A stretch of 64,000 bases of DNA. It comes from Octopus bimaculoides. Lineage: Eukaryota. The number at the start of each line of letters is the position of its first letter. Position 1 is the stretch's first letter. The DNA is taken from assembly GCF_001194135.2 (NCBI RefSeq), contig NC_068982.1:185173798-185237797 (forward strand), read 5' to 3'. Both the position numbers and the translations under genes were made by a program. The notes below the pieces were generated by a model. It saw only the letters and a list, made by a program, of their open reading frames with translations, was not told the DNA's origin and did not search any database. Shown one piece after another: positions 61,655-64,000 of this stretch.

Positions 61655-61981
61655 TAGTTAGTGTTTGTTTGTTTGTCCGTGGACAAGATATCTCAAGAAC
61701 TGCTGCATGGATTTGGATGAAATTTTCAGGGACGTTTGCCCTCGTGACTGGCACAAACTGATTAGATTTTGGGATCAATCCAGTACTGGACAAGGATTCT
61801 GGATTATTTTTGTTTTTTTTTTACTTAATTTTTGAGAGTGGTCAGGTTCATTTTTAGTATTCTCGTTTGTGAGAGCAGTTGAGTTAATTTCAGATATTCT
61901 CATTTTAAAAATCACCTCTGGCTAATCATTGCGAGGACGTTGGTGTTGCTTTGGCAGATGTTTGTGCTCTCTGAGTGCTCT
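61655..61981 (+). mobile_element. Helentron-associated (HINE/DINE-like) non-autonomous element, tentative
   Basis: (TGTT)n followed by GATATCTCAAGAACTGCTGCATGGATTTGGATGAAATTTT, a layout typical of such elements. No coding evidence. Confidence 0.4.
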
Positions 61982-62289
61982 TATTTATTATTGTCATTTT
62001 GTCATTGTAAGTGTAGTCAAGGTGACAAGCTGGCACAGTCATTACCATGCTGGACAAAATGTTTAACAATATTTCTTCTGGCTTTACATTCTAAGTTCAA
62101 ATGCCACCAATGTTGACTTTGGCTTTCATCCATTCAGGGTCAATAGAATAAACACCAGTTGAGCATTAGGGTCAATGTAATTGATTAACCATTTTCCACA
62201 AAATTTCAGGCCTTCTGATTATAATAGAAAGAATTATTATAAGCAAGCCAAGTGAGACCTAAATCTAAGGCCTCAGCCAGTCCACTTAT

Positions 62290-62773
62290 GCATACCTTCT
62301 TTCATTGGACACTAAACTCCACTTGCGAAGACGTGTTGAGGCAAGTGAAATCGAAATCGAATTAAATTTGACGACTGGCACCCATGCCAACATCGTCTCC
62401 TTCATTGGACACGAAACTAGGTTTGCGAAGACCTGTTGGGGCAAGTGAAAGAGAAATCGTCATGGCACCTGTGCCCAGCATCGCCTTCCTGGCACTTGTG
62501 CCAGATGGCATGTGTAAAGACATTCGAGTGAGATCGTTGCCAGTGCCGCCGAACTGGCTCCTGTGCGGGTGGCACATAAAATACACCATTTTGAGCGTGG
62601 CCGTTGCCAGTACTGCCTGACTGGCCTTCGTGCCGGTGGCATGTAAAAGCACCCACTACACTCGCGGAGTGGTTGGCGTTAGGAAGGGCATCCAACAGTA
62701 GAAACTCTGCCAAATCAGATTGGAGCCTGGTGTAGCCATCTGGTTCCACCAGTCCTCAGTCAAATCATCAAAC
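62290..62773 (+). mobile_element. Long 3' region of a non-LTR retroposon (probably RTE-related), truncated by a gap
   Basis: Internally duplicated CATTGGACAC...GCGAAGAC units and an AAAAGCACCCACTACACTC..GGTTGGCGTTAGGAAGGGCATCC motif. Homologous copies at 56640-56915(+), 25696-25890(-), 22200-22420(+) and 10800-11040(-). Confidence 0.65.
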
Positions 62774-63758
62774 NNNNNNNNNNNNNNNNNNNNNNNNNNN
62801 NNNNNNNNNNNNNNNNNNNNNNNNNNNNNNNNNNNNNNNNNNNNNNNNNNNNNNNNNNNNNNNNNNNNNNNNNNNNNNNNNNNNNNNNNNNNNNNNNNNN
62901 NNNNNNNNNNNNNNNNNNNNNNNNNNNNNNNNNNNNNNNNNNNNNNNNAACATGCATGGCAATATGGTGGTCAGTCTGAAATGGCAAGTATTTAATGAGA
63001 GAAAAGGGAGAAATGAAAGATATACAAGCATATTAGCAAAGAAGAAGCTTAAATATTTACATTTGAGAAACTTAGGAGAGAAGTTGGTTGAAGTAGCAAA
63101 TACCCAGTCAACATATCTGAGTGTATAAGTGGAGATAGGAGAGAAAGAGACATCAGATAATTTAAGTAAACAGATTTTAAGGGATGTAAAAGTAACTTTA
63201 AGAAGTCTATACCGAGTGTGTGTGTGTGTGTGTGTGTGTGTGCAGGGAAGAGTGAGTTACACACACATATATATACACAAATATACAGGCATGGACTATG
63301 TGTCAAGAAGTTTGCTTCACAAACATGTGTGTGCATGTGTGTGTTACTGTCCCTCTGCTTTGACCTTGCATGATAGTTATAAATAAGTGTTACCATCATG
63401 AAAGTAGTGTCAACAATGCTATGTGGCAGTGAATTATGGACTGCAAATGCAGATGATATGTGAAGACTAGAAAGAAATGAAGCTAGCATAGTCTGTTGGA
63501 TATACAATATCAGAGTGTATGAATGACCAAGTGCAAATGTTTTAAGAGAAGAACTGGGTATAAGAGGCATCAGATAAATGAGGGTTGGCTGAAAGGTTCA
63601 TAGGCTGACTATGAATGAGTGAGGCTAGAGCTGTGAAATCTTGCATGCATTAATTTCAACACTTCTTATTAATAACTGCATCATTTCTTTCCAGGTAAAC
63701 TGACATCTGATTGTTTAAAGAATACTTCAAAAGTAACTAGTAGTGACTTCTCTTGAAA

Positions 63759-64000
63759 ATGGAGAAAACTTGGCATCATGGTGTTATCAAGTACCTACAG
63801 AAAAAGGGCTTAGCCTCCAATGACATTCATGCTGACATGCTTGCTACACTAGCGGGGGGGGGGGGTAACACTCAAACTTTAACAACAGTGAAAAGTGGGC
63901 AGTTGAATTTAGTAAGGGAAGGGTGAGTCTTGAAGATGACCCAAGGTCTCAACATCCTACAACTGCCACCACTGAGGAAAACATTGATCGTGTTCACCAC
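63759..64000 (+). mobile_element. Tc1/mariner transposase 5' fragment, frameshifted, runs off the window
   Basis: MEKTWHHGVIKYLQKKGLASNDIHADMLATL, then a frameshift after a poly-G run to KWAVEFSKGRVSLEDDPRSQHPTTATTEENIDRVHH (mariner HTH and EDxPRSGRP motif). Confidence 0.88.

Overview
This is AT-rich, microsatellite-laden eukaryotic genomic DNA from a gapped draft assembly. The repeat families and TTAGGG motifs suggest an octopus-like coleoid cephalopod, which is an inference. Two convergent multi-exon genes are present. (1) On the + strand is an ANKRD6/Diversin/Diego-like planar-cell-polarity gene. It has 11 coding exons from 8830 to 29635 that I spliced by hand: six consecutive 99-nt ankyrin exons and a 2.56-kb terminal exon. 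The start-codon exon was not identified. (2) On the - strand is mitochondrial acetyl-CoA acetyltransferase (ACAT1, T2 thiolase), with 9 exons from 54345 to 38143, 950 nt in total and all catalytic motifs intact. Its 5' exons were not found in the window. The rest is introns and intergenic DNA containing tRNA-derived SINEs of at least three families, decayed LINE remnants (RTE, CR1/Jockey-like, RLE), Penelope-like remnants, DNA-transposon MITEs (hAT, piggyBac, mariner and one GG-ended element), foldback palindromes and minisatellites. There is no CRISPR array, rRNA gene or intact tRNA gene. The most unusual observations are a 119-nt hairpin whose 7 transition mismatches are all G-U on one strand, a TSD-flanked foldback transposon with inverted telomeric repeats at its symmetry axis, and a long Diversin tail with an 11-aa SPYK repeat and a terminal PDZ-ligand motif. 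I do not see evidence for a wholly new multi-gene system.
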